The notes under the pieces: model-generated
Told to the model about the DNA's origin: nothing
The model's database searches: none
What the model saw: only the letters and a program-made list of their open reading frames with translations
IMG/VR virus record: IMGVR_UViG_3300046694_000296
Coordinates: 62,001 to 126,000 of that record
DNA: 64,000 nt
Reading direction: 5' to 3' (one strand)
In this document: one piece after another, positions 46,754 to 57,171 of the stretch
Numbering within the stretch: position 1 is the stretch's first letter
How the letters are laid out: every line of letters begins with the position of its first letter
Made by a program: the position numbers and the translations under genes

Positions 46754-47662
46754 ATGCCATTGCTGCGAGAAGAAGCCGACAAGCTGAGTAACAATCAGCT
46801 GGTCGCAGGCGTGATCGAGGAAATCATCGACAAGGATGAGCTCTTCGCGCTCCTGCCGTTCGTCGGCATCAACGGAAAGGCTTACGTCTACGATCGCGAG
46901 AACACCCTGCCGGACGCAGAGTTCTACGACGTGAACGACGAGCTGGATGAATCGGCTGGCACGTTCACCGAGGTCGTGGCGAAGCTGCGCATCCTCGCTG
47001 GTGACGTGGACGTCGACAAGTTCCTGCAGGAAACCGAGTCCGACACGAACGATCAGCGTGCTACGCAGATCGGTCTGAAGGCCAAGGCGGTTGCCCGCAA
47101 GTTCAAGCGCACGATCGCTCAAGGCGATTCGACGGCCAACGCGAAGGAATTCGACGGCCTGCCGAAGATGGTGTCGGCTGCCCAGACGCTCGACGCAGGC
47201 GGTGCGGCCAACGGCGCGGCGCTCACGCTGTCGATGCTCGACGAGCTCGGCGATGCGGTCATCAACGGCGCGGACGCATACGTGATGCGCCCGGGCACGA
47301 TCCGCGCATACCGCGCGCTGCTGTATGCAACCGGCGGCATCCAGCCGGCGATGGTCGAAGTGCCGAACTTCGGTCAGGCGATCCTCGGCCACAACGGCAT
47401 CCCCATCCTCCGTAACGACTTCCTGTCGAACACGGAGACGAAGGGCACCAACACGAACACGTGTTCGGTGTATGCGGTTCGCCTGAACGAACTGGACGGC
47501 TTCCACGGCCTCTGGGGCGGCAAGCAAGCCGGCATTCGCGTCGAGGACATCGGCACGGTGCAGAACAAGGATGCAGACCGCATCCGCGTGAAGTGGTATT
47601 GCGGCTCGGCGCTGAAGTCCACGCGCTCGCTGGCACGTCTGCGCGGCGTGACGAACGTCTAA
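46754..47662 (+). CDS. Major capsid protein
   Basis: Position, 302 aa, strong codon bias, GD.....KEFDGL and NGIPI..NDF patterns. Confidence 0.9.
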   Translation: MPLLREEADKLSNNQLVAGVIEEIIDKDELFALLPFVGINGKAYVYDRENTLPDAEFYDVNDELDESAGTFTEVVAKLRILAGDVDVDKFLQETESDTNDQRATQIGLKAKAVARKFKRTIAQGDSTANAKEFDGLPKMVSAAQTLDAGGAANGAALTLSMLDELGDAVINGADAYVMRPGTIRAYRALLYATGGIQPAMVEVPNFGQAILGHNGIPILRNDFLSNTETKGTNTNTCSVYAVRLNELDGFHGLWGGKQAGIRVEDIGTVQNKDADRIRVKWYCGSALKSTRSLARLRGVTNV

Positions 47663-47678
47663 ACGTTCGGCTGCTAGA

Positions 47679-47698
47679 GTAAGTCACCCGTGACTTAC
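47679..47698. promoter_or_regulatory. Best copy of the dispersed palindrome
   Basis: GTAAGTCACCCGTGACTTAC; see findings for the other copies. Confidence 0.8.
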
Positions 47699-47711
47699 TT
47701 TCGCGTAAAAT

Positions 47712-47742
47712 AAAGGGCATGGGCTTCGGCTCATGCCCTTTT
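47712..47742 (+). terminator. Intrinsic terminator after the capsid gene
   Basis: AAAGGGCATGGGC-TTCG-GCTCATGCCCTTTT. Confidence 0.85.
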
Positions 47743-47768
47743 GCATATGAGCACATGAGGAACCTCAC

Positions 47769-48236
47769 ATGAAGATCAAGATGGTCCAGCCGGGCTACGA
47801 GCAGTTCACGGGCAACTTCGGCGGCGTTGAATTCGTCGACGGCGTGTCGGTCGCTGACGTCGCGCCGATGATTGCCACGCGCATCGCCAACGTCGTGCGT
47901 GTTGAGAACGCCGAAGACGGCGTGAACCCGTCGGCATCGCAGACGGCGCTCGACAGCTACTCGACGCCGATGGCGCTGCGCCCGCAAGACGTGCCGGCGG
48001 CGAAGCCCCAGAAATACACCGAAGCCGATCTCGAAGCCATCGCTGGCAAGGAAGGCATCAAGGGTCTGCGCAAGATCAGCGATCCGCTGGGCGTGAAGAG
48101 CAACGGCATTGCCGAGCTCATCGGGCTGATTCTCAAGTCGCAGGCACCGGCCGACACCGCGCAGTTCTTGGGCGAAGTGCCCTCGGACGTCGTGAAGGCT
48201 GAAGATGCCCCGACCGAAGCGCCGGCTGCGGAGTAA
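47769..48236 (+). CDS. Head-associated protein with HeH/Rho-N-like C-terminal motif
   Basis: YTEADLEAIA...GIKGLRKI...LGVK....ELI..IL. Confidence 0.65.
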   Translation: MKIKMVQPGYEQFTGNFGGVEFVDGVSVADVAPMIATRIANVVRVENAEDGVNPSASQTALDSYSTPMALRPQDVPAAKPQKYTEADLEAIAGKEGIKGLRKISDPLGVKSNGIAELIGLILKSQAPADTAQFLGEVPSDVVKAEDAPTEAPAAE

Positions 48237-48239
48237 GGC

Positions 48240-49052
48240 ATGAACAAGTATCTCGCCGGTGAAACCGTCACCGTTACCTTTCCGATTGATGAAAGTCAGG
48301 GCGCGATGCCGGCCACGGCGAGCTACCGCCTGCTCGATGAAAACGAAGCCGTGCTCATCGAGCAGAGCATCGCGACCGACCCCGCCAATGGCGCGGTCAC
48401 GATCGTCATCGACGGCACGAAGAACCAACTGCCGATCGACGTGATTCGCTTCGCGTATGAAAACCATGACGTGCAGGCCGTGCGCGCCGCGCGCATCGTG
48501 CAGATCACGCTCGCCATGCCCAGTGGCACCTACCGCGCCTCCCAGACGTATCTGATCGAGGCCGCGTCGTTGCTGGTGCCTGGCACCAACAGCTTCCAGA
48601 CGATGACGAAGGCCAACCTCGTCGCGTTGGAGATTCCCCAGCTCAACGGCTGGGCTGCAGCCACCGACGAGCAGAAGATCGCCGCGATGGTGCAGGCACG
48701 ACTGAACCTCGGCCAGCTGCGCTACCGCTACCGGTTCGACGACAACTGGATGAACTACGTGATGCCGGAGTTCGCGCTCTACGCGATCACCTCGCTCTCG
48801 CAGGACGAGTATGTCCAGCTGCCCGCGGCGTTCCGTCACAACCTGGAGCGCGCACAGGTGATCGAGGCCGACTACCTGCTCAACGCCGACCCGGTGATGG
48901 CCCGGCGCAATCAGGGCATCGTGTCCGAGACGGTGGGCGACTCGACCACGAGCTTCAACCCGATTCGACCGCTCACGGGCCTCGTGTGCCCGCGCGCGAT
49001 GCAGGAAATGTCGCGCTACGTGCTGCGCCGCACCCGACTCTCGCGGACCTGA
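48240..49052 (+). CDS. Head-tail adaptor-like protein
   Basis: Position; GI.SETVG.S C-terminal pattern. Confidence 0.7.
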   Translation: MNKYLAGETVTVTFPIDESQGAMPATASYRLLDENEAVLIEQSIATDPANGAVTIVIDGTKNQLPIDVIRFAYENHDVQAVRAARIVQITLAMPSGTYRASQTYLIEAASLLVPGTNSFQTMTKANLVALEIPQLNGWAAATDEQKIAAMVQARLNLGQLRYRYRFDDNWMNYVMPEFALYAITSLSQDEYVQLPAAFRHNLERAQVIEADYLLNADPVMARRNQGIVSETVGDSTTSFNPIRPLTGLVCPRAMQEMSRYVLRRTRLSRT

Positions 49053-49056
49053 AGCC

Positions 49057-49806
49057 ATGAAAAACGTCATCATCGACACCCTCGGCGAGTTCGCTGCATC
49101 GCAGACCGCCGGCTACCAGGCGGCGCTCGCCAATCTGGTGAGCGAGGGCATGAACGTCACGGCCCCGCCGCGGCGCCTGGCCTTAGCCACCATGCAGCGC
49201 TTGCAGGCAAGCACGCTCACCGCGCTCGCAGCCGTGTTCGACACGGCCGTGACCGACATCGTGCATGCGGCGATCGTCAACGCACACCCGGACGCCCCTG
49301 ACGCGCTCGTTGCGGCCATCTCGGCTGATGCCGCCTCCACCCGCAACGCCGTGCTCGGCACCGTGTCGGCCGCGCTCTCGAAGGACGCAGAGGTCGCCCA
49401 TGCACGGCTGCGCGAGTTCGCGCTCAAGGTGGAGCTCGTGCTCGCAGCGGGCGGGCGCGGCTACAGCTCGGCCGTCATGCACGCGGCGATCGCCGAGCGA
49501 CAGCGCGGCATCACCTTCGGGCAGACCGACACGCTCGGGCGACGCTGGAAGAGCGCGCAGTTCGTCGCGGCCACGCTGCGCGGGGCGCTTCAGCACGTCT
49601 ACGCCGATGCGTTCGTGCGCGCGGCCGCCGCGCGGGGCGATGAAGGTGTCGCGCTGCAGTATGCGGACCCCGAGCATGAGGGCCACGGAGACGTGATCCC
49701 GATGTCCGGGTATCTCGACGTGCGCAACGAGATTTTCCATCCGAACTCCCGCGCCACGCTCGCGCGGGTGGACGCGCAAGGGGGCGGCGATGTTTCGGGG
49801 CAATAA
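49057..49806 (+). CDS. Virion morphogenesis protein (minor-capsid-like)
   Basis: D.LGRRW and FHPNS motifs. Confidence 0.55.
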   Translation: MKNVIIDTLGEFAASQTAGYQAALANLVSEGMNVTAPPRRLALATMQRLQASTLTALAAVFDTAVTDIVHAAIVNAHPDAPDALVAAISADAASTRNAVLGTVSAALSKDAEVAHARLREFALKVELVLAAGGRGYSSAVMHAAIAERQRGITFGQTDTLGRRWKSAQFVAATLRGALQHVYADAFVRAAAARGDEGVALQYADPEHEGHGDVIPMSGYLDVRNEIFHPNSRATLARVDAQGGGDVSGQ

Positions 49807-50134
49807 GCCGTGCATCGTGGCCTTGGCGGGCGAGCGCAACCTCTACGGTGAGGAGCAAGCGCCGGCCGCGGGCGTCACCGAGCGCTGCGCGGTGGTGGAG
49901 CTCATTCAGAAAGCGGCCATGACCAACCAGCGCGCGCAGATGGCGGGCTCGATGGCTCACGCCGAGGATCTGGCGATCACCAGCAAGATCAGGCTGGAAC
50001 CCGGCACGGCCGCGGTCCTTGGTGCGCAGATCACGGTCGATGGCGTGCAGTTGCGCGTCGTCTCGATCACGCCCAAGAACACCACCTACGGCCAGCTCGA
50101 TCACTACGACGTGGAGTGTGTGCCGTGGGTCTAG
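49790..50134 (+). CDS. Head closure protein (putative)
   Basis: N.YGE motif, size and position. Confidence 0.65.
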   Translation: MFRGNKPCIVALAGERNLYGEEQAPAAGVTERCAVVELIQKAAMTNQRAQMAGSMAHAEDLAITSKIRLEPGTAAVLGAQITVDGVQLRVVSITPKNTTYGQLDHYDVECVPWV

Positions 50135-50583
50135 TCAAGAGCAACTTCAACCCCGAGCTGCTGGCGATGAAGATTCAGCGCATCGGCGACACTGCCGCGC
50201 GCCGCATTCTGGGTGTGATGCGGGAAGAGGGCGACAAGATCGCGGAGCTCGCGCGTGAGAACGCACCGGTCGATGACGGCGAGCTCGAGGACGCGATTCA
50301 GGTGGTCGAGAACCGCGGCGGGCCGAACGGGCGCACGGTGGTGAGCGTGCAGGTCGATCCGACAGCCACCGACAGCAAAGGGGTGCCGGTCATCCAATAC
50401 GCACGGGTCATGCACGAGGCGCTTGCGCCCTACGGCACGGGCGCGTTTCACCTCGGGCCTGCCTCGCGTGCGAAAGACGGCGGCGGCGGGCGCGTCGGGG
50501 GCAAGTTCATGGAGCGTGCGATGCGATCCCGCATCGGCGAGATGGGCAAGAAGGTCAAGCAGATCGTGAAGGAGTCGACGTAA
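50125..50583 (+). CDS. HK97 gp10-like tail completion protein
   Basis: APVDDGELED, YA..MHE, KFMERA. Confidence 0.8.
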   Translation: MGLVKSNFNPELLAMKIQRIGDTAARRILGVMREEGDKIAELARENAPVDDGELEDAIQVVENRGGPNGRTVVSVQVDPTATDSKGVPVIQYARVMHEALAPYGTGAFHLGPASRAKDGGGGRVGGKFMERAMRSRIGEMGKKVKQIVKEST

Positions 50584-50969
50584 TGCACCTGGAACCGATT
50601 GCGGCGCTGCTAGAGGAGAAGGGCATCGGCAAGCGCGCCAAGACGATTTTCATCAACGAGATGCGGGTCGAGGACTCGGGCATCCTGCTCAAGCCCGACT
50701 ACAAGGGCACGGCGATCGACCCGGAGCTGCCCGGCTACTTCAAGGGCGCATTCGCCCTTGTGGTGCGGGCCAAGGGCTACGCGGCGGGCGCGGCGCTCAT
50801 CAAGCGGGCGATGGATGCGCTCTGGATCGAGCAGCAAACCGAGCTCGCCGACGGCATGACGGTGAAGTGGTGCCGCGCACGCACGCTGCCGATCAACTAC
50901 CCGGTGCCCGCCACCGGCGTCACCGAGTTCGTGGTGAACATTGACTGCTGCTATGTCAAGCCTGTATAG
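50583..50969 (+). CDS. Tail terminator (putative)
   Basis: Position before the tail tube gene; GIG...KTIFI.EM pattern. Confidence 0.7.
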   Translation: MHLEPIAALLEEKGIGKRAKTIFINEMRVEDSGILLKPDYKGTAIDPELPGYFKGAFALVVRAKGYAAGAALIKRAMDALWIEQQTELADGMTVKWCRARTLPINYPVPATGVTEFVVNIDCCYVKPV

Positions 50970-51022
50970 TCTAGTAACGAGTTACTTACCGTAACTCCGA
51001 CCTCTTTGCAAAGGAGTTTTGA

Positions 51023-51544
51023 GTGGCAAGCGATACCAAAAACGTAAAGATGGGCGTCTGCCTGGTCTATTACAAGGGCGTGGATCTGGGCTACACCCAG
51101 GGCGGCGTCCAAGTGACCGTGACCACGGAAACCCACAAGACGAACGTGGACCAGTTCGGCAAGACCACCGTCAACGAGCAGATCATGAGCCGTGACGTGT
51201 CGGTGAAGGTGCCGCTGGCTGAAACCACGCTCGAAAACCTCGTCGCGACGATGCCGGGCGCATCGCTCTCGGGCACGGGCGCCGACAAGAAGGTGATCGT
51301 CACGACCGGCGTTGGCATGTCGCTGCTCGACATCGCCGGCGAGCTGCGCCTGCACCCGAAGGACAAGGCAGTGGACGACTACAGCGAGGACTTCGTGATC
51401 CCGCTGGCAGCAACGTCGGGCGGCCTGAACTTCGCCTACGAAGTCGAAAAGGAACGAATCTTCGACGTGACCTTCCAGGGCTACCCGGACTCGGCCACCG
51501 AAGAGCTGTTCGCCATCGGCGGCGCGCCGACGGTCACCCCGTAA
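51023..51544 (+). CDS. Major tail (tube) protein
   Basis: DLGYTQGGV...DQFG..., beta-rich, strong codon bias. Confidence 0.85.
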   Translation: MASDTKNVKMGVCLVYYKGVDLGYTQGGVQVTVTTETHKTNVDQFGKTTVNEQIMSRDVSVKVPLAETTLENLVATMPGASLSGTGADKKVIVTTGVGMSLLDIAGELRLHPKDKAVDDYSEDFVIPLAATSGGLNFAYEVEKERIFDVTFQGYPDSATEELFAIGGAPTVTP

Positions 51545-51616
51545 CGGGCGAGTAAGTCACCCGTAACTTGACACAAGGCCGGCTCACGCCGGCCTGCCTA
51601 CATCGGATACCTCATC

Positions 51617-51964
51617 ATGAGCCAAGTGAAAGTCCTGAATCTCGACACCCTGCCCACGAGCGCCCCGCAACGCGTGGTGACCATCGGCGGCGTCGAATAC
51701 CCGGTGAAAGAGATGGACGTCGAGGGTTTCATCGAGACGAACCTCGCCGCTGACCGCCTGAAGGATCAGACCGATCCGAAGGTGCAGATCGAAGAAATGA
51801 TCGCCTCGATCAAGCGCGCGGTGGAGATCCCCGACGCGGTGCTGAACAAGCTGCCGCTCGAAAAGCTCGGCGTGCTGGTCGCCTTCCTGCGCGGGCTGTT
51901 CGATCCCGACAAGAAGGACGTCGAAGGTGCTGCGGGCACCGAGGGCGACGCCGAAAAAAAGTAA
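51617..51964 (+). CDS. Tail assembly chaperone (gpG-like)
   Basis: Between tail tube and tape measure; ends GAA AAA AAG TAA. Confidence 0.85.
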   Translation: MSQVKVLNLDTLPTSAPQRVVTIGGVEYPVKEMDVEGFIETNLAADRLKDQTDPKVQIEEMIASIKRAVEIPDAVLNKLPLEKLGVLVAFLRGLFDPDKKDVEGAAGTEGDAEKK

Positions 51965-52302
51965 CGCTGCCGGGTGATGAGAAGGAGGTCGATCTTGACT
52001 TCAGCCTGCTCTTCACCCGCGTGCAACGGCATTACCGCATGACGTATTGGGAAGTGATGGCACTTCCCATTCGCGCTTTCTGGACTCTGAACCGCAACAT
52101 CAACCGGCTGCTCGCGGAAGAAGACCTCCGCGCCATGATGATGCACATGGCCCGCCAAAGCCCCGAGGGCGCGCGGGATCATGAAATCAAGCTCCGAGCC
52201 GAGCTCTATCAGACGGAACAGAAGTTCGATCCGCTGAACGAGAAGAGAGACGAAGCGGGCTTCGCGGAGCTGAAAGCGATGGTGGCCCGTCCGACACAGT
52301 GA
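51617..52302 (+). CDS. Tail chaperone -1 frameshift product (gpGT-like)
   Basis: Slippery A-AAA-AAG at 51955-51961; -1 frame open from 51961 to TGA 52302. Confidence 0.8.
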
Positions 52303-52312
52303 CAGGACGAAG

Positions 52313-55300
52313 ATGGCAAGCAACCTCGAAAACGTAGGCTATAACCTGATCCTCGATGACTCGGGGTTCAGGGTCACCGCGCAAAGCACCGCCGCACAGC
52401 TCAAGGCGCTCGAAGCCCAGTTCGCGAGCACCGGGCAAGGTGTCAAGGCCATCGAGCAGAAGATCAACTCGGCCGGGGTTGCGTTTCACCAGTGGGTCAC
52501 CACCATCGGCGCGGTCAAGTTCGCGCTGATGGACATCGACAGCGTGTTCCTCACGCTGCCGCGCTCGATCATGGAGACGGCCGGCGAGCTCGAAAAGCTC
52601 ACCACGGTCCTGAAGGGCTTGTCCACCGCCGCGGACGAAGCGGGCCGCAACGCGGACGCCGCGCTCGGCAAGAAGTTCATCCTGAACCTCGAACAGAACG
52701 CGCCGTTCAAGCTCGCCGCGCTCACCGACACGTTCGTCAAATTCAAGACCGTCGGCATCGACCCCACCAAGGGCGCGATGGAAGCGCTCATCAATCAGGT
52801 TGCGAAATACGGCGGCGGGTCCGAACAGCTCAAGAGTGCGTCGCTTGCGATTCAGCAGATGGCGGGCAAGGGCGTCGTCTCGCTGCAGGAGCTCCGACTC
52901 CAGCTCTCGCAGGCTATCCCCAACGCGGCGCAGGCAATGGCCGACGGCATGGGTATGTCGATGGGCGAATTGACCAAGAAGATCTCCACCGGCACGGTGA
53001 GCTCCGAGATGGCGATTCGCAAGATGCTCGCGGTGTTCACGCTCGACTCGCTTGGCTCCGCTGCCGAGCAGATGAAGACGTGGCAGGGCGAGATCGAAAA
53101 GCTGAACGTGCGCTGGGAGCTTTTCAAGAACGACGTGGCCGAAGCCGGCATGTTCGACGCGGCCAAGAAAGAGCTCGAGGACATCATGGGGCTCTTCGGC
53201 ACGGAGACGGCGAAGAACTGGTCCAAAGACCTGTCGAACTCGTTCGTCTCGATGATCGGGCTCTTCCACGACGGGCGCGAGGTGCTGCAAGAATACATTC
53301 CGCAATTGCTGACCATCAGCAAGCTGGTATTGGCCGCCTTCGCCACGAACATGCTGTCGAACTTCCTGACGGGCATGCGCAACGCGGTCGTCGGCATGAA
53401 CGCGTCGTGGCGCGAATACGCCGCCAACGCGATCACGGCACAGGGAGCGGTTGCCGCCAAGCAATTGTCGGTGACCGAGCAGATCCTCGCCGCAGATGCG
53501 AAGCGCATGGCAAGCATCGCGCAGGAAAGTGAGCTGCGGCAGGAGGCGCTTGCGCGCGAGATCGCCAACAATCAGAAGCTCATGCTCATCTACGACGCGG
53601 CCGATGCCCGTCGGGACGCCGCGCGCCAGGCCGAGTATGCCAAGGAGATCGCCAACAACGAGAAGCGCCTGGCCGCGAACATGGCGTTTCTTGCTCAGCT
53701 GAAGGCAGAGCACGCTGCCTATGAAGCTGCGCTCGTGCCCCTGCAATTCAACTCTATGAAGCTCGGGCAGGCGAACAGCCCAGCTACGGCCGCCGAGTAT
53801 GTCGCCGCGCAGAAGCAGACCGACGCGATGCAGCGCAACGTTCAGTTGACCGCCGCGCAGATCGACGTTGTGACGCGCGACACCGCGGCGCTCATGGAGA
53901 AGACTGCAGCGCTCAAGGGTGTCGCCGCCGCTGAACTCGCGAACGCAGAGGCTACCGGGCGCAACAGCGCGATGTTGGTCGCGCACAACGCCGAGCTCGC
54001 GACCGGTATTCGCGCCGAGCGCGAGATGGTCAACAACATGACCGCAATGACGCGCGGCGCCGCGATGATGGAATCGGGCCTTCTCAAGCTCAAGTTCGTC
54101 TTCAACGCGCTCGGCGGCTGGATCGGCCTCGTGTCGATTGCGGTGGTCGCGGGCATCGGCTTCTGGCAGAAGTATCGGCAGGCGGCCAAGGACGCGGCAC
54201 AGGCAGCGCTCGACGCGGCCAACGTCAAGAACATCATCGCTAAGGGCGAAGCGGACAAAGACGCCGTGGCGCGCCAGAACACGGCGCTCACCAACAATCA
54301 GGCCGAGCTGGGCCTGGTCGAGACGCAGATCCAGAACCGCAAGAACGGGATCGGCGACGACGGCACGACCATGATCCCCCGCGCGGGTGAGAACGATCCC
54401 GAGGTCAAGGCGCTTCGGGCAAAGGCCGCGGCGCTGCGCTCGGCCGGCGAAGACATCAAGCGGGTGCGTGACCAGCTCCAGGCGCAGGTCGATGACAAGA
54501 GCGCCGAGCTCGCGAGCCACAGCTACGCGAACCAGTATGAGACGGAGACGAATAAGCAGCTCTCCGGGCTGACGGCCGCGAAGAGCCGCGAGATCGCAAC
54601 GCTGCAGACGAACTTCGCCAAGACAACGGCGACGATGGACAAGCAGTCGAAGGAATACACGGCGCTTGCCAATCAGCTGGCGACCGACAAGAACAAGGTC
54701 GAGCAGAAGATCAGCACGGACTATATCGCGGCGCTCAACAAGCGGCAGGCCGAGCTCGCCGATGCGATCGTCAACAACAAGTTCACGGGCAAAGGCAAGG
54801 AGCTTGAGGCGCAGAAGCTCGCGGCGGCCAGGGAGCAGGAGCGCATTGCTCAGCAGCTTTCGAACGCCCAGAGCGGCCTGCAGGCACTTGCCGCGCCCAA
54901 TGAATATGTCGCGGGCAAGGACAAGAAGACGGCGGCCGCCAAGCCGCCGACGGACCTCTTCGCCAAGAAGAACGCCGACATCAAGTCGCAGCTCGCGCAG
55001 GCAACCAACGAGCTGAAGATGATCGTCTCGGGCGCCTCCGAGTATGACCAGATTCGCGTGGGCGCCGAGGCCAAGATCCGCGCGATCTGGGAGAACGGCG
55101 AACTCGACACGAAGGGCCACGGCAAGGGCGCGAAGAACAGCCGCCCGGCTTGGGACAGTGCGGAGGTGCGGGGACTCATCGACGATGAGACGATGCTCAA
55201 GATCACTGAGAATGCCAAGAGCCAGATGGAATCGCTCAAAGGCAAGCTCGCGCCGCTCGCCGCTGAGTATCAGGAGAGCATCAAGAAGCTGATGGCCGGC

Positions 55301-56803
55301 GACGTCTCCACACCTGACTCCGACGAGAGCAACGGGCGCGGCGCGATCAAGTTCCTCGAGAAGCTCGGCACTAAGTCGACCGAGGCGGCCAAGAAGATTG
55401 CGCCGGTTGTCGAATACATGAAGTCGGTCCAACTCCAGGCCGATCAAGTCGACATGGTGAAGTTCACGCGCGAGATCGTGAAGACCGATCAGGACACGCA
55501 AGCGCAATTGATCGAGAACACGCGCGACCGCATCACCGCGCAGATCGCGCTGGATAACGATCGGTGGGAGAAGGCAGCCAAGGCGCGGCTTGAGAGGGCG
55601 AAGGCTGACGGCGGCGACATTTCGAACGAAGAGGCCATGATTGACGCGGCGCGCGTCACCCGCGCGGCCGAGCAGGCGAAGCGCCTTCGCACGCCGATGG
55701 AGCAGCTGGCGATCGACTGGCAGGACACGACCGACCAGATGGCGAAGAAGTCGACGGAGTGGTCCAACTCGACCATCGACGCCTTCGTGAACGTCGCCAA
55801 GACCGGCAAGCTCAACTTCGGCAGTCTGTTCGAGTCGATCGCCACGGACATGCTCAAGATCAGCCTCCAGAAGTCGATGGGCGGCGGCCTGCAGCAGCTC
55901 TACGACGGCATCGGCCAGAAGTTCACGAACATCATCGGCAGCAACAGCAAGGCGTCGGGTGGCGAAGCGGCCACTGGCGCCGCTACGGGCTCGATGGGCA
56001 GCGGGATCATGAGCTTCCTGCAGCACCCGATTGATGGCGTCACCTCGCTCTTCAACAAGCTCACGGGTTCGGGCGACACGCTCAACTCGAAGATGGTCGA
56101 GCAGGCGCGTCAGGCCGTCATCGGCGTGAGCGCCGACACGACCACCGCGAACAGCGTCATCACGCTCGGCAACGCTGCGCTCTACGCCGCGCAAGCGCTC
56201 GCGTCGATGGGTGGCGGCGGTGGCGGCGGCATTGGCGGCGCGCTTGCAAGCATCGCGGGGGCTGCTGCATCGGCTTACTTTGGCGGGGCCGGGGCGACGG
56301 CCACGAGCACGGCGCTCGCGGGCACCCAGTCTTTCGGCAGCGGGCTGTCCGGCGAGACGAACATGAGCACGCTGATGGGCGTGCAGGGCGGCACCAACAC
56401 GCTCGGCAACTACACGTATCAGGGCGGCGCGATGTCGAACCAATACAAGTTCGCCGACGGCGGGATCATGACCGAGATGGGACCGCTCGCGCTGCGCAAA
56501 TATGCCAACGGCGGCATCGCCAACTCCCCGCAGGTTGCGGTCTACGGCGAAGGCAGCATGAACGAGGCGTTCGTGCCGCTGCCCGATGGCCGCAGCATCC
56601 CCGTGACGATCACCGGCGGTCAACAGGGCGGCGGCACGGCCCCGGCGGTGACCGTGAACGTTATCAACCAGACCAGCCAGCCGGTCACCGCTCAGCAAGG
56701 GTCGCCCCGTTTCGATGGGCGCCAGATGGTTCTCGACATCGTGCTGACGGCCGCGACCACGCCTGGCTCCTTCCGTGACGGAATGAAAGGCGCACTGAAA
56801 TGA
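52313..56803 (+). CDS. Tape measure protein
   Basis: 1496 aa Ala-rich helical, tape-measure N-terminal region, FADGGI/YANGGI and GEG..NEAFVPL C-terminal motifs. Confidence 0.95.
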   Translation: MASNLENVGYNLILDDSGFRVTAQSTAAQLKALEAQFASTGQGVKAIEQKINSAGVAFHQWVTTIGAVKFALMDIDSVFLTLPRSIMETAGELEKLTTVLKGLSTAADEAGRNADAALGKKFILNLEQNAPFKLAALTDTFVKFKTVGIDPTKGAMEALINQVAKYGGGSEQLKSASLAIQQMAGKGVVSLQELRLQLSQAIPNAAQAMADGMGMSMGELTKKISTGTVSSEMAIRKMLAVFTLDSLGSAAEQMKTWQGEIEKLNVRWELFKNDVAEAGMFDAAKKELEDIMGLFGTETAKNWSKDLSNSFVSMIGLFHDGREVLQEYIPQLLTISKLVLAAFATNMLSNFLTGMRNAVVGMNASWREYAANAITAQGAVAAKQLSVTEQILAADAKRMASIAQESELRQEALAREIANNQKLMLIYDAADARRDAARQAEYAKEIANNEKRLAANMAFLAQLKAEHAAYEAALVPLQFNSMKLGQANSPATAAEYVAAQKQTDAMQRNVQLTAAQIDVVTRDTAALMEKTAALKGVAAAELANAEATGRNSAMLVAHNAELATGIRAEREMVNNMTAMTRGAAMMESGLLKLKFVFNALGGWIGLVSIAVVAGIGFWQKYRQAAKDAAQAALDAANVKNIIAKGEADKDAVARQNTALTNNQAELGLVETQIQNRKNGIGDDGTTMIPRAGENDPEVKALRAKAAALRSAGEDIKRVRDQLQAQVDDKSAELASHSYANQYETETNKQLSGLTAAKSREIATLQTNFAKTTATMDKQSKEYTALANQLATDKNKVEQKISTDYIAALNKRQAELADAIVNNKFTGKGKELEAQKLAAAREQERIAQQLSNAQSGLQALAAPNEYVAGKDKKTAAAKPPTDLFAKKNADIKSQLAQATNELKMIVSGASEYDQIRVGAEAKIRAIWENGELDTKGHGKGAKNSRPAWDSAEVRGLIDDETMLKITENAKSQMESLKGKLAPLAAEYQESIKKLMAGDVSTPDSDESNGRGAIKFLEKLGTKSTEAAKKIAPVVEYMKSVQLQADQVDMVKFTREIVKTDQDTQAQLIENTRDRITAQIALDNDRWEKAAKARLERAKADGGDISNEEAMIDAARVTRAAEQAKRLRTPMEQLAIDWQDTTDQMAKKSTEWSNSTIDAFVNVAKTGKLNFGSLFESIATDMLKISLQKSMGGGLQQLYDGIGQKFTNIIGSNSKASGGEAATGAATGSMGSGIMSFLQHPIDGVTSLFNKLTGSGDTLNSKMVEQARQAVIGVSADTTTANSVITLGNAALYAAQALASMGGGGGGGIGGALASIAGAAASAYFGGAGATATSTALAGTQSFGSGLSGETNMSTLMGVQGGTNTLGNYTYQGGAMSNQYKFADGGIMTEMGPLALRKYANGGIANSPQVAVYGEGSMNEAFVPLPDGRSIPVTITGGQQGGGTAPAVTVNVINQTSQPVTAQQGSPRFDGRQMVLDIVLTAATTPGSFRDGMKGALK

Positions 56804-57171
56804 GCACGACCTACACGACCTTGCCGCACAACGACTTGCTCGATTCGAGCAAGTTCCAGCCGGAGAAAGAGAACCCGGCGATGGCCTCCAAGATGGACGG
56901 AGGCTATGTCGTCACCCGGCCGAAGCACACGCGAAAGCCCCGGCGCACGTTCGCCTGCGGCTTCACTGATTTCACCGACGCACAACGCGCGGACATCGAC
57001 GCGCATTTCGACGCGATGCACGGCGGCAGCGCGATTTTCTACTTCGTGCACCCGCTGTCGAAGGAGACGATCTACGTGCGTTACACGACCGATACCACGA
57101 TGCAGTGGAGCAACGCCGGCAAGGGCATGAACCCGCTGTGGTCCGTCACTTTCAAGTTGCAGGAGGTCTAA
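56800..57171 (+). CDS. Distal tail protein (gpM-like)
   Basis: Position after tape measure; MDGGY...R, FYFVHP. Confidence 0.75.
   Translation: MSTTYTTLPHNDLLDSSKFQPEKENPAMASKMDGGYVVTRPKHTRKPRRTFACGFTDFTDAQRADIDAHFDAMHGGSAIFYFVHPLSKETIYVRYTTDTTMQWSNAGKGMNPLWSVTFKLQEV

Noticed and set aside
52187-56698. Very long minus-strand ORFs (also 44467..46371, 47262..49079, 59442..62006, 14873..16141)
   Set aside because: Antisense shadows of GC-biased real genes; no motifs or RBS, Arg/Gly/Val-rich composition typical of the reverse frame
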